This document shows positions 28,854 to 38,353 of a DNA stretch of 64,000 nt, piece after piece (the stretch's first letter is position 1; each line of letters begins with the position of its first letter). A program made the position numbers and the translations under genes. Source of the DNA: Flavobacteriales bacterium (GTDB lineage: Bacteria; Bacteroidota; Bacteroidia; Flavobacteriales; UBA7430); assembly GCA_965662265.1 (NCBI GenBank), contig CBFIGX010000006.1:19050-83049 (forward strand), written 5' to 3'. The notes beneath the pieces are model-generated. The model was not told the origin of the DNA and did no database searches. It was given only the letters and a program-made list of their open reading frames with translations.

Positions 28854-31800
28854 TTATATTGGAATACTTTCCTTCATCTTTGACATATAATGGAGTGCGA
28901 CATCAATTTCTTGAATGTCCTCAAACACTATACTCAACTTGTTGTTTCTTTCTTTTATTTGACAAGTTTTAGGGTTTCTTTGAATAAACAATAGTATTTT
29001 TTGAAAATCATCAGACTCATAGAATTCTGCTTGAGGGTTAGCAATAAAATACGCAATCATCTTTTTAGATTTGAGTACTATTTTTTCGAAACCTAAGTCT
29101 TTAGCCATCCACCTTAGTTTTAGTGAGTTTAGAAGCTTTTCTACAGAAGATGGTGTGGGACCAAATCGGTCTATCAATTGCCGTTCATACATTTGTAATT
29201 CTTCTTCTGAAGTTAAATTATTCAGGTTCTTGTAGAGTTGTAGCCTTTCAGAAATAGAGTTTACATAATTGTCAGGGATAAGTATTTCCATGTCGGTATC
29301 TATTTGACATTCTTCTACAAAAAAGTTGTCGGAATATTCGTTTTTGTATAGATCTTTAAATTCATTCTCCTTGAGTTCTTTTACTGCTTCGTTAAGAATT
29401 TTTTGATACATATCGAATCCAATATCTGAAATAAACCCTGACTGCTCTGCGCCTAAAAGGTCTCCTGCGCCTCGAATTTCTAGATCTCGCATCGCAATAT
29501 TAAATCCAGATCCAAGATCGGCATGTTGTTCTAAGGCTTGAATTCTTTTTCTACCTTCTTCGCTCATGCTAATTTTAGGCGGAGTGATAAGGTAGCAAAA
29601 GGCTTTTTTATTTGACCTTCCTACGCGTCCTCTCATTTGATGTAGATCACTAAGTCCAAAATTTTGTGCGTTATTTATTATAATTGTATTGGCGTTAGGT
29701 ATATCTAAACCACTTTCGATAATAGATGTAGACACTAATACATCAAATTCTCCCTCAATGAAGTCGAGCATAAGACTTTCAAGTTTTGGACCATCCATCT
29801 GTCCATGTCCTATACCTACTTTTACATCTGGACATAAACGATTTATCATTCCAGCCACTTCTTTTATATTTTCGATTCGATTGTGAATAAAGAATACTTG
29901 TCCACCTCTTGAAACCTCGTATTGTACAGCATCTCGAACAGTTTCTTCATTAAATCCAATATTTTTAGTTTGCACAGGAAGTCTATTAGGAGGCGCAGTT
30001 TTTATAGTAGACAAATCTCTAGCAGCCATTAAAGAGAATTGTAAAGTTCTCGGGATAGGAGTTGCCGAAAGAGTTAAGGTATCCACATTTGCTTTGATAG
30101 TTTTTAATTTATCCTTTACTCCAACACCAAACTTCTGTTCTTCATCTACAATCAATAGTCCTAAGTCTAAAAAATGTACATCTTTTCCTGCTAGTCTGTG
30201 GGTTCCTATAATTATATCTATTTTACCATCTGCAAGATTTTTTAGCGTCTCTCTTTGTTGTTTCTGAGTTTTAAATCGATTGATATAGTCTATACTAACA
30301 GGGAATTCTTTGAGTCTTTTCTTAAAGGTTTTATAGTGCTGTAGTGCTAATATTGTAGTAGGTACAAGCACGGCAACTTGTTTGCTGTCGCAAACAGCTT
30401 TAAAAGCGGCACGGATGGCAATTTCAGTTTTCCCGAAACCAACATCACCACAGACGAGTCTATCCATTGGTGTAATGGATTCCATATCTTTTTTAATAGC
30501 CTGTGTAGTATGAAGCTGATCTGGAGTGTCTTCATACAAAAAGCTAGCTTCTAATTCATGTTGTAAGTAACTGTCTGGGCTATACCTGTATCCTTTTATA
30601 GATTTTCTTTTTGCATAGAGCTCAATAAGGTCATATGCAATTGTTTTAATCTTAGTTTTGGTTTTAGATTTTGTTTTTGCCCATTGTCCTGATCCGAGCT
30701 GATGTATTTTAGGAGCCTTGCCTTCTTTGCTATTAAACTTACTTATTTTGTGTAATGCATGTATACTAACATATAGTAGGTCGTTATTTCGATAAACTAA
30801 TTTAATAGCTTCTTGCTTTTTACCATTAATATCAATCTTCTGAAGTCCTCCAAACTTCCCTATTCCATGATCTATATGAGTTACAAAATCTCCGATTTCA
30901 AGATTGGTAATTTCATCTATTGTTATTGTTTTTTTGTATTGTTGTGTCGTTTTAAGTTTGAATTTATGATAACGCTCAAAAAGCTGATGATCAGTGTAAC
31001 AGAGGATTTTATTATGATGGTCAATAAACCCTTCATGGACAGGAAGTAGTAGTGTGTTGTAGCGAACCTCTTTTTCTTCTTCTTCTTGCTTTTCAACGAT
31101 ACTCCTAAAGCGTTCCTCTTGTTTTTGTGAACTGCAAAGAATAAGGTTTTCATATCCCTGTTCGCTCATTTCTTTAAAGTGGTCTATAATTAACTTAAAT
31201 TGTTTGTTAAAGCTAGGCTGTAATGCTGTGTTGAAGTTTATTCCTTCTTTGTCTATAGTCTTGTCAGTAAAAGATACATTTGTATATTGGCTAATGGCTA
31301 TTGATAATGACTTCCCGTTAATAAAAAGTTCTTCAGGTTTTAGATGGTTTATTTCACCATTCATTTTTTGATAGGCTTCGCAGGCTTTTAGGTAAAGCTT
31401 GTTTAGTTTTGCGCTGCAATAGTCGAGGTCTTTTATCCATATACAAGCTTCAGAACTTAAATAATTTAAAAACGACACTCTTTGTTCTAACATTTCCTTA
31501 TTTTCTACATTAGGAATGATAGATAGCTTCTTTAACTCTTTTATTGAAAGCTGTGTATTTATGTTAAATTTCCGAATACTTTCTACCTCATCTCCAAAAA
31601 ATTCTATTCTAAATGGGTGTTCGTCTGAAAATGAAAAAACATCTACTATGCCTCCTCTAACTGAGAATTGACCTGGTTCAACAACGAAATCGGCATATTG
31701 AAAGTTGTATTCAAAGAGTGTTTCTGTGATAAAGTCTATACCAATTTCATCTCCAATAGATAATTTTAAGGTGTTTTTATGAAGTTCTTTTTTTGTGATT

Positions 31801-32198
31801 ACTCTTTCGAATAATGCTTCTGGGTAAGTAACAACACAAGAAGGTTTTCGAGTAGAGCTAAGTCTTGTGAGTACTTCGGCTCGCATCAACACATTTGCAT
31901 TGTCAGTTTCTTCAATTTGATATGGTCTTCTGTAAGATCCTGGATAGAATAGGAGATTCTTATCCATGATTAAATGCTCTAAATCATTATAGAAATAGGC
32001 GGCCTCTTCTTTGTCGTTTAGAAGTATGAGAAATGGCTTTTCGAGCTGATTAAAACAAATGGAAGCAACAATACTCGCCGCAGATCCTTTTAAACCTTGT
32101 AGTCCAAGATTGTCATTATTTTCAAGAGATTCTAGAATCTCAAAGTCTTTTATTTGTTTTAAGTAGCCATTTAAGAGCTCGCTTTTTTTCATACTCAC
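28854..32198 (-). CDS. mfd: Transcription-repair coupling factor
   Basis: 1114 aa. Walker A GDVGFGKTE, DEEQKFG box, helicase motif VI QMRGRVGRS. Confidence 0.96.
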   Translation of the reverse strand: MSMKKSELLNGYLKQIKDFEILESLENNDNLGLQGLKGSAASIVASICFNQLEKPFLILLNDKEEAAYFYNDLEHLIMDKNLLFYPGSYRRPYQIEETDNANVLMRAEVLTRLSSTRKPSCVVTYPEALFERVITKKELHKNTLKLSIGDEIGIDFITETLFEYNFQYADFVVEPGQFSVRGGIVDVFSFSDEHPFRIEFFGDEVESIRKFNINTQLSIKELKKLSIIPNVENKEMLEQRVSFLNYLSSEACIWIKDLDYCSAKLNKLYLKACEAYQKMNGEINHLKPEELFINGKSLSIAISQYTNVSFTDKTIDKEGINFNTALQPSFNKQFKLIIDHFKEMSEQGYENLILCSSQKQEERFRSIVEKQEEEEKEVRYNTLLLPVHEGFIDHHNKILCYTDHQLFERYHKFKLKTTQQYKKTITIDEITNLEIGDFVTHIDHGIGKFGGLQKIDINGKKQEAIKLVYRNNDLLYVSIHALHKISKFNSKEGKAPKIHQLGSGQWAKTKSKTKTKIKTIAYDLIELYAKRKSIKGYRYSPDSYLQHELEASFLYEDTPDQLHTTQAIKKDMESITPMDRLVCGDVGFGKTEIAIRAAFKAVCDSKQVAVLVPTTILALQHYKTFKKRLKEFPVSIDYINRFKTQKQQRETLKNLADGKIDIIIGTHRLAGKDVHFLDLGLLIVDEEQKFGVGVKDKLKTIKANVDTLTLSATPIPRTLQFSLMAARDLSTIKTAPPNRLPVQTKNIGFNEETVRDAVQYEVSRGGQVFFIHNRIENIKEVAGMINRLCPDVKVGIGHGQMDGPKLESLMLDFIEGEFDVLVSTSIIESGLDIPNANTIIINNAQNFGLSDLHQMRGRVGRSNKKAFCYLITPPKISMSEEGRKRIQALEQHADLGSGFNIAMRDLEIRGAGDLLGAEQSGFISDIGFDMYQKILNEAVKELKENEFKDLYKNEYSDNFFVEECQIDTDMEILIPDNYVNSISERLQLYKNLNNLTSEEELQMYERQLIDRFGPTPSSVEKLLNSLKLRWMAKDLGFEKIVLKSKKMIAYFIANPQAEFYESDDFQKILLFIQRNPKTCQIKERNNKLSIVFEDIQEIDVALHYMSKMKESIPI

Positions 32199-32210
32199 TT
32201 AATCGTTTAA

Positions 32211-32234
32211 CCCCAATCATTTCAATGATTGGGG
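32211..32234 (-). other. 10-bp stem-loop between fbp and mfd
   Basis: ccccaatcat / atgattgggg with a 4-nt loop, 13 nt upstream of the mfd ATG. No clear U-tract on the transcribed strand. Confidence 0.4.
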
Positions 32235-32263
32235 TGTAAGTGTTTTCATAAATTCAGAAGTTA

Positions 32264-33256
32264 TTATGCTTCTGAAATAAAGGACAATGCTTTGTCCATC
32301 ATATTTTTTGAGCCTGTAAAGAATGGTGTTCTTTGGTGAAGCTCACTAACTTTAATATCTAATAATCGTTTACTTCCACATGTTGCTCGACCTCCTGATT
32401 GTTCTGCCAGTAGTGCTATGGGATTACATTCGTATAACAAGCGTAACCTGCCTAGTGGTGCATCAGCGGTTGCAGGATATATAAAAATACCTCCTTTTAT
32501 CATATTTCTATGAAAATCTGCCACTAACGAGCCCATAAAACGTGCAGTATGCGTTCTATTTCCATTATCGTTAAGTTTTTTGCAGTAATCTATATATTTT
32601 AATACGGATAAATCTAATGAGTTGTAATTGCCTTCATTTATGGAGTAAATTGCCCCATTATGTGGTGTTTCAACATATTTATTTACTAGTATAAAACATT
32701 TACGTTCTGGGTCGTAAGTAAAAATATGAACACCCGATTTACAAGTGTAAACAAGTTGTGTAGATGTTCCGTACAAAATATAACCAGCTAATACTTGTTC
32801 ATTTCCATATCTGTAAAATTCATCTGACGTGGGCTCTCCCTTTTTGACTCTTTTAAAAACAGAAAAAATAGTCCCAACAGATATATTTACATCAATATTT
32901 GAAGACCCATCTAGAGGATCAGTGGCAAATAAATAGTCGCCGGATGCGTTAATGGGAATAATATCTTCATTTTCTTCACTAGCTACTGCAGCTATTAGAC
33001 CACAATTTTTTAGGCTTTTAATAATTTGATCATTCGCATATAAGTCGAGTTTCTGAACTTGTTCTCCCTGAATATTTTCACTTCCAACAGCCCCTAAAAT
33101 GTCATTTAAGCCTGCTCTATTGATAGCCTTGTTAATATTTTCTGTGGCATTTTCAATTGCCGACAAAATACCTAACATCGATGATGGATCATCTCCGTGT
33201 AGTTTTTTATTTTGTTCTATAAAGTGCTGTAATGACAATGAGCTTTTAGAGTTCAT
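32264..33256 (-). CDS. fbp: Fructose-1,6-bisphosphatase class 1
   Basis: 330 aa from ATG 33256 (MNSKSSLSLQHF). ATDPLDGSSNIDVNISVGTIFS motif. The track start at 33271 is a TTG extension. Confidence 0.93.
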   Translation of the reverse strand: MNSKSSLSLQHFIEQNKKLHGDDPSSMLGILSAIENATENINKAINRAGLNDILGAVGSENIQGEQVQKLDLYANDQIIKSLKNCGLIAAVASEENEDIIPINASGDYLFATDPLDGSSNIDVNISVGTIFSVFKRVKKGEPTSDEFYRYGNEQVLAGYILYGTSTQLVYTCKSGVHIFTYDPERKCFILVNKYVETPHNGAIYSINEGNYNSLDLSVLKYIDYCKKLNDNGNRTHTARFMGSLVADFHRNMIKGGIFIYPATADAPLGRLRLLYECNPIALLAEQSGGRATCGSKRLLDIKVSELHQRTPFFTGSKNMMDKALSFISEA

Positions 33257-33263
33257 AATGCGT

Positions 33264-33944
33264 TTAATCAAAATTTATTATTATACCTATTTTGCTGAAA
33301 AGATAAGCGTCATTATTTGCATTACTTATTTGGAGGTCAATATCATCTATGAAAAATAAATGGTGGTCAATACCTGCAACAAGACCTATCGTGTTTGTAA
33401 TATAGTAATAGCATTCTATAGTGGAAACCATATATGGTGCCGTTATTCTTTTTTTGATTGGTGTATAATTATGTGCTTCTTCTTGAAATAAATGCACGTC
33501 AGAAACGTGATAGCCCAATCCGATTCCAATGTGAGATTGAAAATTTGATGGTTGATTTTTTTTCTTGTCGATGATTATACGTCTTTGAGCAGAAAAGCTA
33601 TAGGATTGAAAATCACTGGTAAAAGTATCTGGATTATCTTCCTCATTTTGGCCATTTAAGTGCCCATAACTAGCGTTAAATAATAAATTGTATTTGCTGT
33701 GAATTCTTTTTTTAGCAAAAAAGGTATAGGCTAGATTGTTTTTATTTGCATTCTTGTATCCTTGATCTAGGTCAGTCAATGAAATGCTAGAATTCATTGT
33801 AAAACCAATGCTTATAGCGTTTTTATATACTCCACTCTTGCTAAGGCCAAATTCTTTGTCTATGGTGTTGTATTTTGGTCTTACCTGTGCTATACTAAAT
33901 TGGCTTAGGCAAATTGTTGCAAAAAGAAATATAAAGATCCTCAT
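33264..33944 (-). CDS. Predicted outer-membrane beta-barrel protein, paralog 3 of 3 (uncharacterised family)
   Basis: 226 aa. Signal peptide ending SIAQ, alternating beta-strand pattern, C-terminal IIINFD. Shares GDL/TDL, GLGY and DxxDL blocks with its two neighbours. Confidence 0.65.
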   Translation of the reverse strand: MRIFIFLFATICLSQFSIAQVRPKYNTIDKEFGLSKSGVYKNAISIGFTMNSSISLTDLDQGYKNANKNNLAYTFFAKKRIHSKYNLLFNASYGHLNGQNEEDNPDTFTSDFQSYSFSAQRRIIIDKKKNQPSNFQSHIGIGLGYHVSDVHLFQEEAHNYTPIKKRITAPYMVSTIECYYYITNTIGLVAGIDHHLFFIDDIDLQISNANNDAYLFSKIGIIINFD

Positions 33945-33946
33945 AA

Positions 33947-34762
33947 CTAGTTTATTTTAAAGAACACTCCTGTTTTGAAATTTGTTAAGTAATCAAGTTC
34001 TGATTGGCTAGAATTCATAAGGTCCATATTTTCATTTGCAATTAAGTAATAGTCATAGGCTATTTGTATACCTAGGTTACCCTTAATCATATAGGATGTT
34101 TCAAATCCAATAGGAAAAACCAAACTTTGTATATATCTGCTTATTTTAATGCTATAGTCAGTTTTTTTTCTCAACAAAACACTTGAAGACATATATCCTA
34201 AGCCAATATTAAAAAACACACCAAATTTTTTCTCATTATTGATGTTCTTTAGTTTGGTAAAGCCAATTTTTGTGCGCGAGGTAAAACCTATAAGTGCATA
34301 TTTTCCGGTAACTTCGCTATTGAAAAAGTCATTTGCATTATATGTTGTATTCAGCCCGTCTGTATATGGCTGAGGGTTGTCGTTAATTCCGATATCGGCA
34401 TAGTTACCTAATGACATAAATAATTTCCCAGAAGACCTTGGTGTCCACCTCTTGTTAATAGCAATATTTATATTGGACTGATTGGGCACATCAGTTTGGT
34501 AGCCTTGTAAATCTCCATAAAAGGTAATTAATCCATAGCTAATATCGCAGCTAAAAGCTGTTTTGTATTGTTTGTGATAGCGATTAAGTCCTCTTGATTG
34601 TCGAGAGTTTATTTCATTAACTTGTTCACTCCAATTGTAGTCTGTATTATTTGAATTCTGATTAATTTGAATACTATTATTAATAGGAGAGGTGGCTCTA
34701 TATTGAGCAAAGCCATCAGTACATATAATAAGTGTTATAAGTATAAATTTATAATAGCGCAT
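33947..34762 (-). CDS. Predicted outer-membrane beta-barrel protein, paralog 2 of 3
   Basis: 271 aa from ATG 34762 (MRYYKFILITLIICTDGFAQ signal peptide). FYGDLQG, NIGLGYMSS and FPIGFETSY blocks. C-terminal FFKIN. Confidence 0.65.
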   Translation of the reverse strand: MRYYKFILITLIICTDGFAQYRATSPINNSIQINQNSNNTDYNWSEQVNEINSRQSRGLNRYHKQYKTAFSCDISYGLITFYGDLQGYQTDVPNQSNINIAINKRWTPRSSGKLFMSLGNYADIGINDNPQPYTDGLNTTYNANDFFNSEVTGKYALIGFTSRTKIGFTKLKNINNEKKFGVFFNIGLGYMSSSVLLRKKTDYSIKISRYIQSLVFPIGFETSYMIKGNLGIQIAYDYYLIANENMDLMNSSQSELDYLTNFKTGVFFKIN

Positions 34763-34766
34763 GTGT

Positions 34767-35492
34767 TTAATCAAATTTGTAGCACAAACCAAAGTTCAAA
34801 TTGATTTGATTATCGTAACCATTAATTTTTGATTCGTATAAATCAATAGTATCATTAAGAAAGAAACTATTGGTCATAGAAATAAAAATACCCCAATTTT
34901 TCGGAGTATAATAAGTGGCCTCTATACCTATTGGAATAGCGAATGCCCAAACATCATCTTCAATTTCTCTGATATCTTTTTGTCCAGACAATACCTCTTC
35001 TCCTTCTGGTGTGTATGTGTAAATATCGATGTATTCTGTTAAAATGGCATCTGCATAATAGTATCCTAGACCTGTAATTAAGTGAAGCTGAACCGCAGAT
35101 TCTCGATTAGATCGGTCAAAACTATTCGTTAAAGATCTTCTGTAAGCCATATGAGTGCTAACATATTTACTTCTAAAAACTTTGGTTGGCAGATAGCCGC
35201 TGTGGTCATTCTCACCACTATTTTGACCAGTGTTTAAGGCAATTTGAAGAGAATGACGGTCATTATATTCTTTGTTAAATCGGGTTGAAAGAGAGACGTT
35301 GCTAAGGTATTTTTCTGAAGAAATCTGATGAAGATCTCCAACAAAAAAAGTGCTACCAAAACTTAAGCTACCTGTCCAGTTAATTTCTTGAGTGCTAAGA
35401 GTCTTATCAAATGTGTTAAATCTTGTTTTTTTTTGTGCAAAAACAGAGCTGCTTATTAAGAGAGCAATCGAAAGGAGTAAGCTATGTTTCAT
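34767..35492 (-). CDS. Predicted outer-membrane beta-barrel protein, paralog 1 of 3
   Basis: 241 aa. Signal peptide ending VFAQ. FFVGDLHQ, ITGLGYYYA and IPIGIEATYY blocks. C-terminal LCYKFD. Confidence 0.65.
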   Translation of the reverse strand: MKHSLLLSIALLISSSVFAQKKTRFNTFDKTLSTQEINWTGSLSFGSTFFVGDLHQISSEKYLSNVSLSTRFNKEYNDRHSLQIALNTGQNSGENDHSGYLPTKVFRSKYVSTHMAYRRSLTNSFDRSNRESAVQLHLITGLGYYYADAILTEYIDIYTYTPEGEEVLSGQKDIREIEDDVWAFAIPIGIEATYYTPKNWGIFISMTNSFFLNDTIDLYESKINGYDNQINLNFGLCYKFD

Positions 35493-35520
35493 GATTTTTG
35501 ATCCTAGAAAATTAATTCAA

Positions 35521-35528
35521 CAAAGATA
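35521..35528 (-). promoter_or_regulatory. -7 promoter box TAtcTTTG for the beta-barrel paralog array
   Basis: Plus strand caaagata, 29 nt upstream of the ATG at 35492. Confidence 0.45.
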
Positions 35529-35644
35529 AGTTTTATGATTAGTTGACAAAATCATAACATAGCTAACTTGACAGATCTAGATTGTCATTAATAGCTTTAT
35601 ATATACAAAGAGAAATAAATATCATAGTTGCCGTAAAAAATGTG

Positions 35645-35652
35645 TATATTTG
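35645..35652 (+). promoter_or_regulatory. -7 promoter box TAtaTTTG for tig
   Basis: Exact TAnnTTTG, 70 nt upstream of ATG 35722. The leader holds an A/U-rich hairpin, gagattttt/aaaaatctc. Confidence 0.45.
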
Positions 35653-35721
35653 CGCCCGATTTCCGAGATTTTTTATTTTTAAAAATCTCATTTGCAGGGT
35701 TTAACCATCAAAAAATTATTA

Positions 35722-37068
35722 ATGAACATTTCTAAAGAAAATATAGATTCATTAAATGCTGTTTTGAAAATAGAGCTTACAGCTGCTGATTATCAAGAAC
35801 GCGTAGACAAGGTATTGTCTGATTATCGAAAAAATGCTGACATGCCTGGTTTCCGAAAAGGAAAAGTTCCTATGGGCGTAATAAAAAAACGTTATGGTAT
35901 TCCTGTTAAAGTAGAAGAAATTAATAAGTTGCTTTCCGATTCTGTTTCTAAGTATATCATGGATGAGAAGTTGGACATTTTAGGAAATCCACTCCCAAAA
36001 GAAAGCTCACCTATTGATTGGGACAATCAAGAAAAGTTTGCTTTTGAATACGAATTGGGACTGGCACCTGATTTTGAAGTGAAAATTACCAAGAGAAACA
36101 AAATACCATTTTATGTAGTTAAGGCAGATGACGCAATGATTGATAGATACGCTGAGGATATAGCTAAGCGTTATGGAAAAATGTCGAGCCCAGAAAAAGT
36201 GGAAGATAAAGATCTTGTTTACGGAACTTTCCATGAACTAGATGCCCAGGGCAATGCTTTAGAAGGTGGAATTACCAATCAAGCTTCTGTGTCTGTCGAT
36301 ACTATAAAAACTAAAAAATTAAAGAATGAATTTTTAGGTTCTAAAAAAGGTGCTGTTTTTACTTTAGACCCCAAGAAAAGCTTTCAAAATGATACAGATG
36401 CTGCGGCAATGCTCAATATAGATAAGGAGGCCTATTCCTCCCTAAACGCTAAATTTTCGTTTGCTTTAGAGAATATAAGCAGAATGGAGCCTGCAACTCT
36501 TGATGTGGAGCTTTTTGATAAAGTTTATGGAGTTGGTGTTGTGAAAAATGTGAAAGAATTCCGTGCAAAGATTGCTGCTGAGGCAGAGAATATGTTTGTA
36601 GCAGAATCGGATCGTAAGTTCCAAAATGATGCGGTAGAGTTTCTGTTAGACAAAATCTCTTTTGAATTACCTGAAGAATTTTTAAAGCGTTGGATGCAAT
36701 CCGTTTCCGAAAAACCCATTACACTCGCAGAAATTGAATCAGAATTTGAAGGATATAAGAAGTCTCTCAAGTGGCAGATTATAGAGAATAAAATTGCTAA
36801 GGAGAATAATCTAAGCGTAAATCGTGAAGAAGCGATAGCGCAGACCAAAAAGTTAATTGCTGCTCAAATGGCACAATACGGTCAAATGGCACCTGAAGAA
36901 GAGCAGTTGGAGCAATATGCACAGCAAGTTCTGGCCAACAAAGAGGAAGAAAAGAATGTTTACGATAGAGTATTTGCATCAAAGATGACGGCCTTTTTTA
37001 AAGAAGCATTCAAGTTAGAGGAAAAAGAGATTTCATATGATGACTTTACCAAGATGATGCAAGCTTAA
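35722..37068 (+). CDS. tig: Trigger factor
   Basis: 448 aa from ATG 35722 (MNISKENIDSLNAVLKIEL). GFRKGKVP ribosome-binding motif. Confidence 0.94.
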   Translation: MNISKENIDSLNAVLKIELTAADYQERVDKVLSDYRKNADMPGFRKGKVPMGVIKKRYGIPVKVEEINKLLSDSVSKYIMDEKLDILGNPLPKESSPIDWDNQEKFAFEYELGLAPDFEVKITKRNKIPFYVVKADDAMIDRYAEDIAKRYGKMSSPEKVEDKDLVYGTFHELDAQGNALEGGITNQASVSVDTIKTKKLKNEFLGSKKGAVFTLDPKKSFQNDTDAAAMLNIDKEAYSSLNAKFSFALENISRMEPATLDVELFDKVYGVGVVKNVKEFRAKIAAEAENMFVAESDRKFQNDAVEFLLDKISFELPEEFLKRWMQSVSEKPITLAEIESEFEGYKKSLKWQIIENKIAKENNLSVNREEAIAQTKKLIAAQMAQYGQMAPEEEQLEQYAQQVLANKEEEKNVYDRVFASKMTAFFKEAFKLEEKEISYDDFTKMMQA

Positions 37069-37088
37069 TTGTTTACAGATTATTTTTT

Positions 37089-37118
37089 AAAAGGCTAGTG
37101 TTTCATTAGCCTTTTTTT
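37089..37118 (+). terminator. Rho-independent terminator after tig
   Basis: aaaaggcta (37089-37097) / tagcctttt (37107-37115), 9-nt loop, T7 run. Confidence 0.7.
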
Positions 37119-37147
37119 ATTTTAGCTACTACAAAAATTGATATATT

Positions 37148-37822
37148 ATGTTTTCACAAGAAGAGTTCAGAAAATACGCCATAAATCACAAAGGGATAAG
37201 TAGTACAACTGTTGATTCTTATACCTCAATGATGAATAATTACATTTCGCCAACTATTATTGAAGAGCGTCAAATGAATGTAGCGTCTATGGATGTTTTT
37301 TCCAGATTAATGATGGACAGAATCATTTTTTTAGGTGTGCCCATTAATGATTACGTGGCTAATATTATTCAGGCACAACTTTTGTTTTTAGAATCAGTAG
37401 ATTCAAAAAAAGATATTCAAATTTATTTAAATTCTCCTGGTGGTGGCGTTTATGCTGGTTTAGGCATATATGATACCATGCAGTATATATCTCCTGATGT
37501 TGCTACGATTTGTACCGGTATGGCTGCTAGTATGGGAGCTGTATTATTGTGTGCTGGTGCGAAAGGTAAGCGAACAGCTTTAAGACATTCAAGAGTAATG
37601 ATTCATCAACCTCTTGGAGGCGCACAAGGCCAAGCCTCAGATATAGAAATTACCGCTAGAGAGATTCAAAAATTAAAGAAAGAGTTATATACTATTATTT
37701 CAGAACATTCTGGGAAATCTTATGATGAGGTTTGGAAAGACGGTGATAGAGATTATTGGATGACTTCTGCGGAAGCTAATGATTATGGAATGATTGATGA
37801 GGTTCTCATAAGAACCAAGTAA
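37148..37822 (+). CDS. clpP: ATP-dependent Clp protease proteolytic subunit
   Basis: 224 aa. Catalytic Ser in GMAASMGA, His in MIHQPLGG. Confidence 0.96.
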   Translation: MFSQEEFRKYAINHKGISSTTVDSYTSMMNNYISPTIIEERQMNVASMDVFSRLMMDRIIFLGVPINDYVANIIQAQLLFLESVDSKKDIQIYLNSPGGGVYAGLGIYDTMQYISPDVATICTGMAASMGAVLLCAGAKGKRTALRHSRVMIHQPLGGAQGQASDIEITAREIQKLKKELYTIISEHSGKSYDEVWKDGDRDYWMTSAEANDYGMIDEVLIRTK

Positions 37823-37856
37823 ATTTTTTTTATTTTAAATTCATAAAATGTAGATT

Positions 37857-38318
37857 ATGAAGTATAAGGCTTCAAATCCTGAAGAATATATCGCTCAAGT
37901 TCCTGAGGATAGAGTGGATGCTATGCTCAAAATTCGCACCCTTATAAAAGAGAATTTACCTGCGGGATTTCAAGAGCAAATGAGTTATGGTATGATTGGT
38001 TATGTTGTACCTCACGCTATATATCCATCTGGATATCATTGTTCACCAGATTTACCTTTACCTTTTCTAAGTTTTGCTTCTCAAAAAAACTTTATTGGGA
38101 TTTACCATATGGGAATTTATGCCGACCCCAAGCTTATGAATTGGTTCGTTACTCAGTATCCTATGCACTGTAAAAGAAAATTAGATATAGGTAAAAGTTG
38201 CATTAGATTTAAAAAGATGGATGATATTCCCTATGAGTTACTCGCTCAACTAGTTCAAAAAATGACAGTAGAACAATGGGTTAATCTTTATGAATCAAAG
38301 ATTAAAACGAAAAAATAA
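37857..38318 (+). CDS. DUF1801 (YdhG-like) domain protein
   Basis: 153 aa. N-terminus PEEYIAQVPEDRVDAMLKIRTLIKENLP and FASQKNFIGIYHMG resemble the DUF1801 family. Confidence 0.6.
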   Translation: MKYKASNPEEYIAQVPEDRVDAMLKIRTLIKENLPAGFQEQMSYGMIGYVVPHAIYPSGYHCSPDLPLPFLSFASQKNFIGIYHMGIYADPKLMNWFVTQYPMHCKRKLDIGKSCIRFKKMDDIPYELLAQLVQKMTVEQWVNLYESKIKTKK

Positions 38319-38323
38319 TTTCT

Positions 38324-38353
38324 AAAAAAGCCATTATTGAGAATGGCTTTTTT
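38324..38353. terminator. Bidirectional rho-independent terminator between convergent genes
   Basis: Perfect 12-bp arms aaaaaagccatt (38324-38335) / aatggctttttt (38342-38353), 6-nt loop. It abuts both stop codons. Confidence 0.8.

Noticed and set aside
35543-35572. Two TTGACA hexamers resembling the sigma-70 -35 element
   Set aside because: Bacteroidota primary-sigma promoters use -33 TTTG and -7 TAnnTTTG rather than TTGACA/TATAAT. No properly spaced -10 element follows either copy. The hexamers are noted only as part of the inverted-repeat finding.
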